64,000 nt of DNA, taken from the NCBI GenBank assembly GCA_963728915.1, contig CAVSLV010000004.1, positions 480,001-544,000 on the forward strand. The letters run 5' to 3'. Under the pieces are notes generated by a model. The model made no database searches and was not told where the DNA came from. It saw nothing but the letters and a program-made list of their open reading frames with translations. The position numbers and the translations under genes were made by a program. The stretch is from an uncultured Gemmatimonadales bacterium (GTDB lineage: Bacteria > Gemmatimonadota > Gemmatimonadetes > Gemmatimonadales > GWC2-71-9). Positions 11,276-20,624 of this stretch are shown here, piece by piece. The first letter of the stretch is position 1; the number at the start of each line of letters is the position of its first letter.

Positions 11276-12079
11276 TCACGGACTCCGGAAGCTCGAGGGA
11301 GGGAAGATCGCCGCGGCATTCTTCCATTGAACCGCTTCGTACTGGTCGGAGGAAAGAATCCGCTCCAGGTAGCGCAACTTGGCCAGCCCGGTGTCCATGG
11401 TGATGTCGCAGCCCCAGAGCAGGCGCTCGACCCCCACCGCGTTGATGCACGTCTCCAGCATGCCGCTGTCCACCCCGCTTCCCGACAGATCGACGTAGAT
11501 GTTCGGGAGGCTCTGGATCGCGGCGAGCGAGTGAAGCCAGTCCCCCCCGCCTCCGATATGCGCGAGAATCAGCGCCACCTCAGGGTGCCGGCGCGCGAGC
11601 CTGCCCAGCTCGACCGCGTCGGACGCTTCCTGACCGGGCCACTCCCGGCGACGGTGTTGCCAGAGGTGGTGGAGGATGGGGACTCGATGCCGCCGCGCCG
11701 CGTCGGCGATCGGATCGAGCAGGGGATCATCGGCGCGACGGCTCGCGGCCAGCTTGATCCCGATCATGCCGGCGGCGAGGCAGCGATCGATCTCCACCAG
11801 AGCATGCTCGGTGAAATTCGGATTGACGCACGCGTACCCGTGGATCAGCCCGGGCCGGGTCCGGCAGAGCTCGATCAGCATGTTGTTGCCGACCGAGATG
11901 TCACGCGGGGAGGGGAAGTAGGTCGGCGAAGTCCGTCCCCAGCTTCCCAGGATGGACGCGACGTGGGTGGTGATTCCGATCCGCTCCCCGGCCCGAAGCC
12001 GGCTTTCGTTTCGCTCGGCCCAGTCGGCGCGGGGACCGGCCGGATGATGGAAGTGGGCGTGGACGTCGACCAGCATCAT
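11276..12079 (-). CDS. Amidohydrolase_2 family metallo-hydrolase
   Basis: DVHAH, GIKL, PILHH, LAHIGGG, VDLSGSG, LLWGCD. Confidence 0.88.
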   Translation of the reverse strand: MMLVDVHAHFHHPAGPRADWAERNESRLRAGERIGITTHVASILGSWGRTSPTYFPSPRDISVGNNMLIELCRTRPGLIHGYACVNPNFTEHALVEIDRCLAAGMIGIKLAASRRADDPLLDPIADAARRHRVPILHHLWQHRRREWPGQEASDAVELGRLARRHPEVALILAHIGGGGDWLHSLAAIQSLPNIYVDLSGSGVDSGMLETCINAVGVERLLWGCDITMDTGLAKLRYLERILSSDQYEAVQWKNAAAIFPPSSFRSP

Positions 12080-13239
12080 CCGGCTCCTTCGCAAACCTCG
12101 GCCAGCGCCTCGAGGCAGCGGTCGATGTCGGTTTCCTGGTGCGCCAGGGAGACGAAGTTGTAGGCGGTTCGCTTGAACAGGATGCCGCGCTCGGCGCAGC
12201 CCCGCGCGAGATGCATGGCGTCCGCCGGGTTATGACAGCGGAGGTAGCACATTTCGGGAATGCCGGCCGTCCCGGCGATCCGGACGGGAAACCGGGAAGC
12301 CAGCGCCTGGAGACCCGCGAAGAGCCGGCCCCCAAGCACCGCGAGCCGGTGGTGGAGGGCTTCCTTCTCCATGACCCGGAGCGTGGCCCTCGCCGCGGCG
12401 AGGGAGACGAACTCGGTCGCCATGGTGGAAGAAATCCAGGTCCGGTCCGCCTGAGCCATCAGGTCGGCGCGCCCGCCCACGACGGCGAGCGGGAATCCGT
12501 TCGCCAGGGCCTTGCCGAGCACCAGCAGATCCGGCTCGCCGCCCCAGCGGGCCGCGGCGGTGCCGGCGCCGACCCGGAACGCCGTCTTGATCTCGTCGAA
12601 AATGAGCATCGCGCCGCTCCGGGTGCAGGCGTCCCGCACGGCGCGGAGCCACTCCGGATCGGGCGGGGCGTCCACCACCGGTTCGAGGACGACCGCGGCA
12701 AGCGCGTCTCCCGCGGCCTGGATCATCGCGACGCTGCGCCCCGCATCGTTGAACGGCAATTCCTCATAGAGGGCCCGTACCATGGTCGGGACGCCGGGTT
12801 CCCGGCTGCACCAGTCGAGCCATCCATGGTAGCCGCACCCGAGGACGCGATCCCGCTGGGTCGCGGCGCGGGCGAGTCGCACCGCCGCCGCGACCGCCTC
12901 GGCCCCGCTCTTGAGGAAGCGGACCTGCTCGAGGGATGGAATGCGCCGCGACAGCTCCTCGGCGAGCGCCTCCTCTTCGACCGGTGGCAAGGGGCCGATC
13001 GCTCCCCGTTCCACCGCCTCGATCACGGCGCGATTCACTTCGGGATGCGCGTAGCCGAGCGCGACCGCGCCCAGGGCCATGACGAAATCGAGATACTCCC
13101 GGCCGGTGTCGTCCCAGACCCGGGCGCCGGCGCTGCGCTGCATCCGGGAGGGGAGCGTGGGACTCGCCGCTTCGATGCCGAAGAGCGCGCCGGGGCGCTT
13201 GCTGCCGGTCGAGGTGAATCCCGCGACGCGCGGCGTCAT
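12076..13239 (-). CDS. Class III PLP aminotransferase (glutamate-1-semialdehyde aminomutase-like)
   Basis: YLDFVMALG, KSGAEA, YHGW, FDEIKTAFR, LGKALANGFP; start ATG 13239 overlaps the kinase stop (ATGA). Confidence 0.85.
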   Translation of the reverse strand: MTPRVAGFTSTGSKRPGALFGIEAASPTLPSRMQRSAGARVWDDTGREYLDFVMALGAVALGYAHPEVNRAVIEAVERGAIGPLPPVEEEALAEELSRRIPSLEQVRFLKSGAEAVAAAVRLARAATQRDRVLGCGYHGWLDWCSREPGVPTMVRALYEELPFNDAGRSVAMIQAAGDALAAVVLEPVVDAPPDPEWLRAVRDACTRSGAMLIFDEIKTAFRVGAGTAAARWGGEPDLLVLGKALANGFPLAVVGGRADLMAQADRTWISSTMATEFVSLAAARATLRVMEKEALHHRLAVLGGRLFAGLQALASRFPVRIAGTAGIPEMCYLRCHNPADAMHLARGCAERGILFKRTAYNFVSLAHQETDIDRCLEALAEVCEGAG

Positions 13240-14231
13240 TCGAACCGGACTCCCTGTTCCGCCCAGCGGAAGGGAATCACCCGCGAGCCGTTCTGCCCGG
13301 CGGCCTCCCGGGCCCGCGGCGGATCGGTCGCGAGGAAGAACATGGAGCCGCCCGCGCCGGCTCCCGCGGCCTTTCCCCCCAGCGACCTGGCCTCTTTCAT
13401 GGCGGCTTCGAGACGGCCCATCGCGTCGGTCCGCATCTCGGGATCGAGCTCCTGCTGGCGCCGCCAGTTCTCGCTCAGGAGCCCGCCCACCGCGGCCAGG
13501 TCGGCCGCGTCGAGCGCTTCGGCCATCGCCTCGGCGACGTCCACCAGCGCCTCCAGCGCCCCCACGATCCGGCGGTCCTTCCGGGCGTAGCCCTGCATAA
13601 CCCGCTCGATCGTGCGGGAGGACACCCGGGTCATCCCGGTATAGCAGATCACGATGTGATTCTGGAGGGTCTCGAGGAACTCGGGATCGAGGCGCAGCGG
13701 CCGGGGGCACACGGCGCCCTGGTCGAAGCCCAGCCGGAGCATCCCGCCCAGCGCCGCGGCATACTGGTCCTGGCAGCCGCCCGGCAAACCGGCCTCGACC
13801 GATTCGAGCACAAACCCCTCCTGGGCCAGGGCGACCGGGGAGCGCTCCAGGCCGCGGGCGCCATCGAGCACCGCCACCATGGCGACATCGAGGGCCCCCG
13901 AGCTGCCCAGGCCGGAGCCGGGCGGCGCCTCGCACCAGGTCCGTAACCCGCAAGGACCGAGGCCGGAGCGACGGACCGCGGCCTTGAGCAGCTCGAGCTG
14001 GCCGTAGCTGGAGAGCTCCTCGTGGCTCAGCTCCATGGTCTGATCGAGATCGACCGACTGGAGCAAGTACCGCTTGCGTTCCAGGGAAAGTTCGGCATAG
14101 GCCCGGACCTCGATCGCCCCGTTGATCACCAGGCCGCGGCGCTCGGTCACGAAGGGCGCCACATCGGTCCAGCCTCCCGCGAAATCGAGGCGGAGCGGTG
14201 CGGAGGCGCGGAACACCCCGTCAGCGGGCAT
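13236..14231 (-). CDS. GHMP sugar kinase (HddA/fucokinase-like)
   Basis: APLRLDFAGGWTD, PPGSGLGSSG, QDQY, GAGAGG. Confidence 0.88.
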   Translation of the reverse strand: MPADGVFRASAPLRLDFAGGWTDVAPFVTERRGLVINGAIEVRAYAELSLERKRYLLQSVDLDQTMELSHEELSSYGQLELLKAAVRRSGLGPCGLRTWCEAPPGSGLGSSGALDVAMVAVLDGARGLERSPVALAQEGFVLESVEAGLPGGCQDQYAAALGGMLRLGFDQGAVCPRPLRLDPEFLETLQNHIVICYTGMTRVSSRTIERVMQGYARKDRRIVGALEALVDVAEAMAEALDAADLAAVGGLLSENWRRQQELDPEMRTDAMGRLEAAMKEARSLGGKAAGAGAGGSMFFLATDPPRAREAAGQNGSRVIPFRWAEQGVRFE

Positions 14232-15636
14232 CCGCCACGTGCCATCGGCTCAAGGTCACCAGCTCGCCTCGCACATCCATGCGCACTCCCAGCACCCGGC
14301 GGTTCATGCCCTGCACGCCGCGCGCGTGGTACAGAAAGGTGGCCGGCAGGGAGTCCTGGATCAGGCCCAGAAGTCTGTCGCGCGCGAGGGAAGTCCGCAA
14401 ACCGGAGATCGCGATCACCTGGCTCAGGTAGCCCAGCGCGAGGTCGCCGGGGATTCCCATGACCGCGGCGTCGAATTCGTGGGAGGACCCTTGGACCCGG
14501 TCCAGAAAGGTGGACAGCTCGAGCTGGCGGATCCGCGCGTGGATTCCCGCCCGGGCAAGCTGGGCCTGGAGGAGCTGCTCCAGAGCGGCTTCACCGCTGC
14601 CCACGGTGAGGAGCTCGAAAGAGAGGGGAGGTCGGAGTGAAGGTGGGGTCGGAGGGGAGGTTGGGCGGTCAGGTTGGGCGAGGGCGGGGGGAATGGGACT
14701 CGTGGACGGAGTGCCGTAGCCGAACAGGACCCCGTTCACGATGGCCGGCCGGTCGATCGCCGAGGCCACCGCCCGGCGGGCCTCGAGACGATCGAAGGGC
14801 GGATGACGCAGGTTGAACACGATCGCGTAACTGAGAAGCAGGGGATAATCCAGCACCGCGAGCCGATCGTCATGCTGAACGAACTGGGCGTGGGCCGGGT
14901 TGATCCCGGCAAAATCCAGCTCTTCTGCGGTCAGCGCGGCGAGCTTGGTCGTGGGCTCGTCCACCACGGCGATCACGAAACGTTCGAGCCGGGGTGGGCC
15001 GCCCAGCTCGGTGGGGAAGTCCGGGTTCGCCGCGAACACCCATTTCCGGTTGGGCTCGTACCGGACGAAGCGAAAGGGGCCGTTCCCGATGGGAGCGCGA
15101 TTCCAGGGCGCCTCCCGAAGCCGGGAGAGCGGAATCCCGTCGAACGCGTGCCTCGGCAGGATGGCGAGGTCGGTCAGGACGTCGGGCATCCGGGGCTGCG
15201 GCTCGGCGAACCCGAGCAGGAGGGTGGAATCGTCGGGGGCCTCCACCCGCACCAGCTCGGCGAGATCGGACCGCCGGGGATAACCGGTTTCGATCGCCCG
15301 GGCCGCGTTCAAGGTCCAGGCTGCGTCACCCGCGGTCGTCGGAGTGCCATCGTGCCAGCGTAACCCGGAAAAGAGTTGGAAGGTGAGCGCGGTGCGGTCC
15401 GCCGACCAGGTCCACCGCCTCGCCAGGTAGGGGGCGGGGGTGAGCGCGCTGTCATAGCGGACCAGGGTGACCAGAAGCGCGTAACGCTGCACCTGCCGGG
15501 CCAGGGGGTGTACGGTCAGGAGCGGATTGGCGCTCTGGAGATCGGCGCCGGAGGCGAGAATTACCGTATCGCCGCGCCGGGCGCCCCCGGCGCAGGCGAC
15601 GAGGAGAACCAGGCTCACACCGGTGAGGCGGCGCAC
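14221..15636 (-). CDS. Peptide/nickel-type ABC substrate-binding lipoprotein (SBP family 5)
   Basis: Lipobox LLVAC; LRWHDG, PIGNGPF, FNLRHPPFD; GTG 15636 chosen because TACACT lies 5 nt upstream. Confidence 0.88.
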   Translation of the reverse strand: MRRLTGVSLVLLVACAGGARRGDTVILASGADLQSANPLLTVHPLARQVQRYALLVTLVRYDSALTPAPYLARRWTWSADRTALTFQLFSGLRWHDGTPTTAGDAAWTLNAARAIETGYPRRSDLAELVRVEAPDDSTLLLGFAEPQPRMPDVLTDLAILPRHAFDGIPLSRLREAPWNRAPIGNGPFRFVRYEPNRKWVFAANPDFPTELGGPPRLERFVIAVVDEPTTKLAALTAEELDFAGINPAHAQFVQHDDRLAVLDYPLLLSYAIVFNLRHPPFDRLEARRAVASAIDRPAIVNGVLFGYGTPSTSPIPPALAQPDRPTSPPTPPSLRPPLSFELLTVGSGEAALEQLLQAQLARAGIHARIRQLELSTFLDRVQGSSHEFDAAVMGIPGDLALGYLSQVIAISGLRTSLARDRLLGLIQDSLPATFLYHARGVQGMNRRVLGVRMDVRGELVTLSRWHVADAR

Positions 15637-15668
15637 CTCCAAGTGTACACGGGGCGATACATTCCGGC

Positions 15669-16637
15669 ATGGTGCGGCATCTCGCGATCGTTGCCGTTCG
15701 CGGCGTCCTGGTCGTCCTCGGCGTCGTTACCCTCACGTTCATCCTGTTGCAGCTCGCTCCCGGTGATCCGGTCCGCCGAATGCTCGGGCCGGCGGCGACC
15801 GTCGAACAGGTCGAGGCGGGACGCCATACCCTGGGACTCGACCGCCCCGTGCTCTCTCAGTATTCGGCCTGGCTGGGCAATGCAGTCCGGGGTGACTTCG
15901 GCACCAGCATCACCCAGGGGCGGCCCGCGGCTCGCCTACTGGGGGAGGCGTGGCCGGCGACGGCCTCCCTGGTGCTGCTCTCGATCGCCTTGAGCTGGTC
16001 GATCGGCATGCTGATCGGCGCGGTCCAGGCGAATACCCATCGCAAGGGCCTCGATGCGGTGCTTTCCGGCATCACGGTCGCCTTCAATGCCATGCCGGCG
16101 TATTGGCTGGGGCTCGCCCTGGTGATGCTGTTCACCTATGAGCTGCGATGGCTTCCGGCCTTCGGCGCAGTCGGGCTGGATGCCGAGTTTCTTGGCGGGG
16201 TCCAACGGGTAGTGGACCGGCTTCGGCACCTGGCTCTGCCCCTCGCGACCCTCACCCTGATCGGGTTGGGAGCGGATGCCCGGTTCACCCGGGCGACCAT
16301 GCGCGAGCTTGCCTTCGCTCCGTTTCTCCTTTCCGCGCGGGCCCGGGGCCTCACCGAGCGGCGGGTGGTGATCCGGCACCAGTTTCGGAGCGCCCTGATC
16401 CCGATCGTCACTCTGCTCGGGTTATCCCTGCCGGCGGTGTTCTCCGGGGCGGTGTTCGTGGAGGCCATCTTCGCCTGGCCCGGGGTGGGCCAGGTCCTGG
16501 TGCAGGCGGTTCAGGCGCGCGACTACCCGGTGGTGATGGCGGCCGCCACGATCAGCGCGGTTCTTGTGGTCGCGGGCAATCTCCTGGCCGAGATGCTGGT
16601 CGCGGTGGTGGACCCGAGGGTCCGTGATGCGGCTTGA
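15669..16637 (+). CDS. ABC permease, OppB/DppB type
   Basis: APGDP, HLALP, ARARGL, VEAIFAWPGVG, RDYPVV. Confidence 0.92.
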   Translation: MVRHLAIVAVRGVLVVLGVVTLTFILLQLAPGDPVRRMLGPAATVEQVEAGRHTLGLDRPVLSQYSAWLGNAVRGDFGTSITQGRPAARLLGEAWPATASLVLLSIALSWSIGMLIGAVQANTHRKGLDAVLSGITVAFNAMPAYWLGLALVMLFTYELRWLPAFGAVGLDAEFLGGVQRVVDRLRHLALPLATLTLIGLGADARFTRATMRELAFAPFLLSARARGLTERRVVIRHQFRSALIPIVTLLGLSLPAVFSGAVFVEAIFAWPGVGQVLVQAVQARDYPVVMAAATISAVLVVAGNLLAEMLVAVVDPRVRDAA

Positions 16638-17451
16638 TACCCGGGGCCGGATCGGCGCGATGATCCTCGGGGTGATCGTCGTGGTGACTCTGGCGGCCCC
16701 GCTGGTCGCGCCGGTCGATCCTGACACGCAGCGCGACGTGGTCGCCACCAGGTTTCTCGCGCCCATGACCACCGATGCCCACGCGGTCTTTCACCCGCTG
16801 GGGACCGATCGGCTGGGGCGCGACGTGTGGTCGCGACTGGTGTATGGGGCGCGGATCTCGCTCGCGGTGGGTGGGCTCGCGATGGCGCTCTCCCTGCTGA
16901 TCGGGATCGGCGTCGGGGGGCTGGCTGCCGCGAGTGGGGGGCCGATACGAGGAATCCTTCTTGCCGTGACCGATTTTGCCCTGGGGCTTCCGCGGGTTGT
17001 GCTGCTTCTGCTCCTCGCCGCGCTCTGGCAACCGAGCGCGGTGCTGGTCATTGTGGTGCTGGGGGTGACCGGCTGGATGCCGGTGGCCCGATTGGTCGAT
17101 GCCGAGGTGCGGGCCCAGCTCGCGCGTCCCTACGCCGAGGCGGCCAGCGCCCTGGGCGCCCGGCGGCGGCGATTGCTGCTCCGGCATGCCCTGCCCAACG
17201 CGCTTGCCCCGGTCGTGGCGCTGGCGACCCTCGGCATCGGCAACGCGATCACCCTCGAGGCCGGGCTCTCGTTCCTCGGGTTAGGGGTGCAGCCGCCGAC
17301 TGCCTCGTGGGGCACCATGATCGCGAGCGGCCGGGATACCGTCGTGAATGCGCCGTGGGTGGGGCTCGCGCCCGGGATTGCGCTGGTGCTGGTGGTGGTG
17401 GGGTGCACTCTGCTGGCGGATGCGATGCGGGAGCGGGCCGGGAATGGGTAG
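16627..17451 (+). CDS. ABC permease, OppC/DppC type
   Basis: HPLGTDRLGRD, EAASALGA, RHALPN, LSFLGLG, SWG. Confidence 0.92.
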   Translation: MRLDTRGRIGAMILGVIVVVTLAAPLVAPVDPDTQRDVVATRFLAPMTTDAHAVFHPLGTDRLGRDVWSRLVYGARISLAVGGLAMALSLLIGIGVGGLAAASGGPIRGILLAVTDFALGLPRVVLLLLLAALWQPSAVLVIVVLGVTGWMPVARLVDAEVRAQLARPYAEAASALGARRRRLLLRHALPNALAPVVALATLGIGNAITLEAGLSFLGLGVQPPTASWGTMIASGRDTVVNAPWVGLAPGIALVLVVVGCTLLADAMRERAGNG

Positions 17452-17508
17452 GGGGAAGCGATATATTCCGAAGAGGTCTTCCTACGCATTCTGGAGGCTT
17501 CGGACCTG

Positions 17509-18117
17509 ATGCGTCATCTTCCGCTCGCCCTGGGCCTCGCGATCCTTGGCGCCACGCCCGTCTTCGCCCAGAACCCGCAATCCGCGCCGCGCACGATTCC
17601 CCTGCCCGATACGCTGGGCGCCAACTTCGCCGTGACCGACACGCTGACCGGCAAGAGCGCGCCCGGGGACTATGACTTCCTGGTCGGCAGCTGGCGTTTC
17701 ACCTTCCAGTCGCGGGGCCGCGACGGCGGGTTCACGGCTCCCTTCACCGGGCATTGGGTGTTCAACCGGAAGGAGACCGGCGGGCAGGGCGTGCTGATCG
17801 AAGACCACTGGCGGCCGGATGACCCATCGGCCACCTGGGAAGCCGGGACCTGGACCTACCGCGCCTACAACCCGCAACGCAAGCTGTGGGAGATGCAGGG
17901 CGTCAACACCAACAGCGGAGCGTGGCAGGCGGGGCTCATGTGGAGCGATGGGGCCGATCGTCTGCTGACCGAGTGGTACGGGCCGATGCTGGTGCGGTTC
18001 CGATACTTCGCCATCGAGCCGGACCAGTTCCTGTGGCGGGCGGATGCCACGTTCGATCGGGGCCGGACCTGGATCAGAGATTACTGGACGATGGAGGTGC
18101 ACCGCATCTCGCGGTGA
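17509..18117 (+). CDS. Secreted hypothetical protein (possibly DUF1579-like)
   Basis: Signal peptide ending VFA; DYDFLVGSW and W-rich C-terminus; GGAGG SD upstream. Confidence 0.65.
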   Translation: MRHLPLALGLAILGATPVFAQNPQSAPRTIPLPDTLGANFAVTDTLTGKSAPGDYDFLVGSWRFTFQSRGRDGGFTAPFTGHWVFNRKETGGQGVLIEDHWRPDDPSATWEAGTWTYRAYNPQRKLWEMQGVNTNSGAWQAGLMWSDGADRLLTEWYGPMLVRFRYFAIEPDQFLWRADATFDRGRTWIRDYWTMEVHRISR

Positions 18118-18131
18118 CCGGCGGGCGGTTC

Positions 18132-20624
18132 CTAGAACCAGGTCCGGACGCCGAAGGAGATGGTGCGCCCCGGCAGCACCGTCACGTTGTCCGGCTCGCC
18201 GGTCTGATAGTTGAGCAGATTGTCTCCCGATACCGTCAGCCCGAGGGTGTGGGTCAGGGTGACCGCGACGCTGGCGCGGAGCCGGGTGACTCCCGGGTAC
18301 TCCTTCCAGAACTCGCGCAGGTTCCAGCCGACGTAATCCTGGGTGGGCCGGTTGGTGGTCGCGAATGCCTCGGCCAGCGCGATCCGATCGTAGCTGATCC
18401 AATCGTAGGCGCGATACGCGGTGAGCGCCGCGTTCCATCGTGACGCCGTGTAGGACCCGATGATGCTCAGGGTCTGCGCCGGCACCTCGAGCATCCGATT
18501 CCCTGCCCGCAGATCGCCGGTGTAACCCTCCGCGACTTTCCTGACCCGGCTGTCGACCTGGGAATAGGCCCCGGTCAGGGCGAACCCGCCGGAGCGCAGG
18601 GAGCCCTGAAGCTCCCAGCCCCGATTGGTGATCTCTCCCACATTCTGAAGCTCGGATCCAAGCCGGCCGGTCGGCGGACCATCGGGTATGGGGCCGGTAT
18701 TCCGGGCGAGCAGCACCCGCTGAATGAGACCCGACGCGACCTGATCGAACCGGGTGATCTGGAACGTGGCCGCTCTGCCGATGACCAGGTCCATCCCGGC
18801 CTCGATCCCCGACTGCTCCTCCGGTTTCAGGGTCCGGCTGGCATCCTCCGAGAGAATTCCGTCCCACAGGGTCTGGCGAGCCGGGGCTTCCGGCCAGCGA
18901 ATGCCCTTGCCGTAGGCGCCGCGGAGCTTGACGCCGATTTCGCCATAGGTGTGGGTCCAGGCCAGCCCCGCCATGGGGAGGGTCGCCCAGCGTCCGGTCG
19001 AGGAGGCCCCTTCATCCCGTTCGAGCCGAATGCCGCCATTGAACTGGAGTCCACCGACCAGGGCGGCGTTGAGCTGGGTGGTGAAGCCGCTGTTTCCCCG
19101 CCATCGGGTGATCTCGTCGCCGTCGTTGTCATTCCCGGTTTCCGGAAGCACCTCGTACGGGCGAGCCCGCTGCCGGAGCAGGGATTGCTCCGCCGAAAAG
19201 GTCAGGTCGGCCACCCGGGTATCGGTGCCGAGCTTGAGGACGCTGCTCGCGCGGAAGGTGCCTCGGGTCGCGGAGCCCTGCGCGCTGGTCAGCGAGCCGA
19301 TGCCGTCGAGAGGAATCGGGGTGTGCGAGTCGGGAACCCCGCTCAGCGAGTAGCCATCCACTCCGGCGGTGAGGGTGTGCTGCCATCGCTCTCCCGAGAA
19401 TAGCTTGAGCGTGGCGCCTCCGGTGTACTCGGCGAGCGACTCCACCCCGGCGATAGGTTGAGCCGGAACGCTGCTGGTGTCGGACGCGCGCCAGGCGGCC
19501 AGGGTCCGGGTGATCACCGGACTCTCTCCGGTCCCGGCGCGCATGCCGAAAAAGCGGAGGGTGCCGGTGAGGATGCTGCTCTCGCCGACCCGGCGGCCCA
19601 CCGCGGTCGCGAGCAAGCGGCGCGAGGAGGCGTCCTGGAAGTAGGCCCCAGTCGCCCCGGCGTCCACGTCGAGGGAGGCGGATTGCAGATTCGACCCGGT
19701 GCGAATCCGGGCGGCGTAGGACTGATCGACGGCGGGTCGCTCGGCGAACTGGCTTCCCGCGAATCCAATCCCGGCATCGAAGCGGGCCCGCAAGGCGTTC
19801 TCGCCGGTGTCGAATCGGGAAATGATGTTGGCGACCCCGCTGATCGCATCCGCTCCGTACAGCGCGGCGCCCTGGGGACCGCGAATCAGCTCGATGCGAT
19901 CGATCGCGCTCGCCTGAATCCGGGTGAGCAAGAGGGGGTTCGCGAGCTGGATCCCGTCCAGGTAGACCTTGGGGTAACTCGCCTCGAACGAGCTGGCGCC
20001 GCGGATGCTGCCATACTGGGACAGGGCGTTCACCGGCGACTGCTCCCAGAGCCACATCCCCGGGACCTGCCCGTTCATCGCGGAGGAGAGCGTGGTGGCC
20101 TCGCGCTGCTCCAGGGCGTGTCCATCGAGCACATCGAGGGCGACCGGGAGGCCGCTCTGGCTGGCGCCGGACGGAGAGCCGGTCACCACGATCCTCTCGA
20201 GCTCCACCGGGGGCTGCTCCCGGGCCGCCACCGCGGGCGCCGGGGTCGGGGCCAGGACCACGTGATCGGACTCGAGGGGGATCAGGCGCACCGGCAGGCC
20301 CCCTAACACGCTGGTCAGGGCATCTCCCAGGGCCACGTCGTCGAAGCGGAGGCAGACCCGGCGATCGAGCGGCACCGCTTCGCCGCTGTAGGACAACCGG
20401 ATCCGCACCTGCGCGGCGATGCGATCCAGGGCCTCCCGCAGGGACACCTCGCGGGCCCGGAGCGACAAGGTCCGGGCGAGGGGGCCCGACCACTCCCGGC
20501 CCGACGCGGCGGCGGTGAGCTCGGTGCAGGGACGCGGGGTCGAGGCAAAAGCCAAGGCGCCTCGCCCTCCCGACAGCAGGGCAAGGGCGAGCGCCATCCG
20601 CACCGGCCGGATCCCGATTCTCAT
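18132..20624 (-). CDS. TonB-dependent receptor with N-terminal signalling (STN-like) extension
   Basis: IVVTG, SIRG, IELIRGPQGAALYG plug; NLLN and terminal Phe; directly downstream of fecR. Confidence 0.88.
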   Translation of the reverse strand: MRIGIRPVRMALALALLSGGRGALAFASTPRPCTELTAAASGREWSGPLARTLSLRAREVSLREALDRIAAQVRIRLSYSGEAVPLDRRVCLRFDDVALGDALTSVLGGLPVRLIPLESDHVVLAPTPAPAVAAREQPPVELERIVVTGSPSGASQSGLPVALDVLDGHALEQREATTLSSAMNGQVPGMWLWEQSPVNALSQYGSIRGASSFEASYPKVYLDGIQLANPLLLTRIQASAIDRIELIRGPQGAALYGADAISGVANIISRFDTGENALRARFDAGIGFAGSQFAERPAVDQSYAARIRTGSNLQSASLDVDAGATGAYFQDASSRRLLATAVGRRVGESSILTGTLRFFGMRAGTGESPVITRTLAAWRASDTSSVPAQPIAGVESLAEYTGGATLKLFSGERWQHTLTAGVDGYSLSGVPDSHTPIPLDGIGSLTSAQGSATRGTFRASSVLKLGTDTRVADLTFSAEQSLLRQRARPYEVLPETGNDNDGDEITRWRGNSGFTTQLNAALVGGLQFNGGIRLERDEGASSTGRWATLPMAGLAWTHTYGEIGVKLRGAYGKGIRWPEAPARQTLWDGILSEDASRTLKPEEQSGIEAGMDLVIGRAATFQITRFDQVASGLIQRVLLARNTGPIPDGPPTGRLGSELQNVGEITNRGWELQGSLRSGGFALTGAYSQVDSRVRKVAEGYTGDLRAGNRMLEVPAQTLSIIGSYTASRWNAALTAYRAYDWISYDRIALAEAFATTNRPTQDYVGWNLREFWKEYPGVTRLRASVAVTLTHTLGLTVSGDNLLNYQTGEPDNVTVLPGRTISFGVRTWF

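Noticed and set aside
12076..13239. hemL assignment
   Set aside because: Similar family, but the context is sugar kinase/amidohydrolases and no tetrapyrrole genes are nearby.
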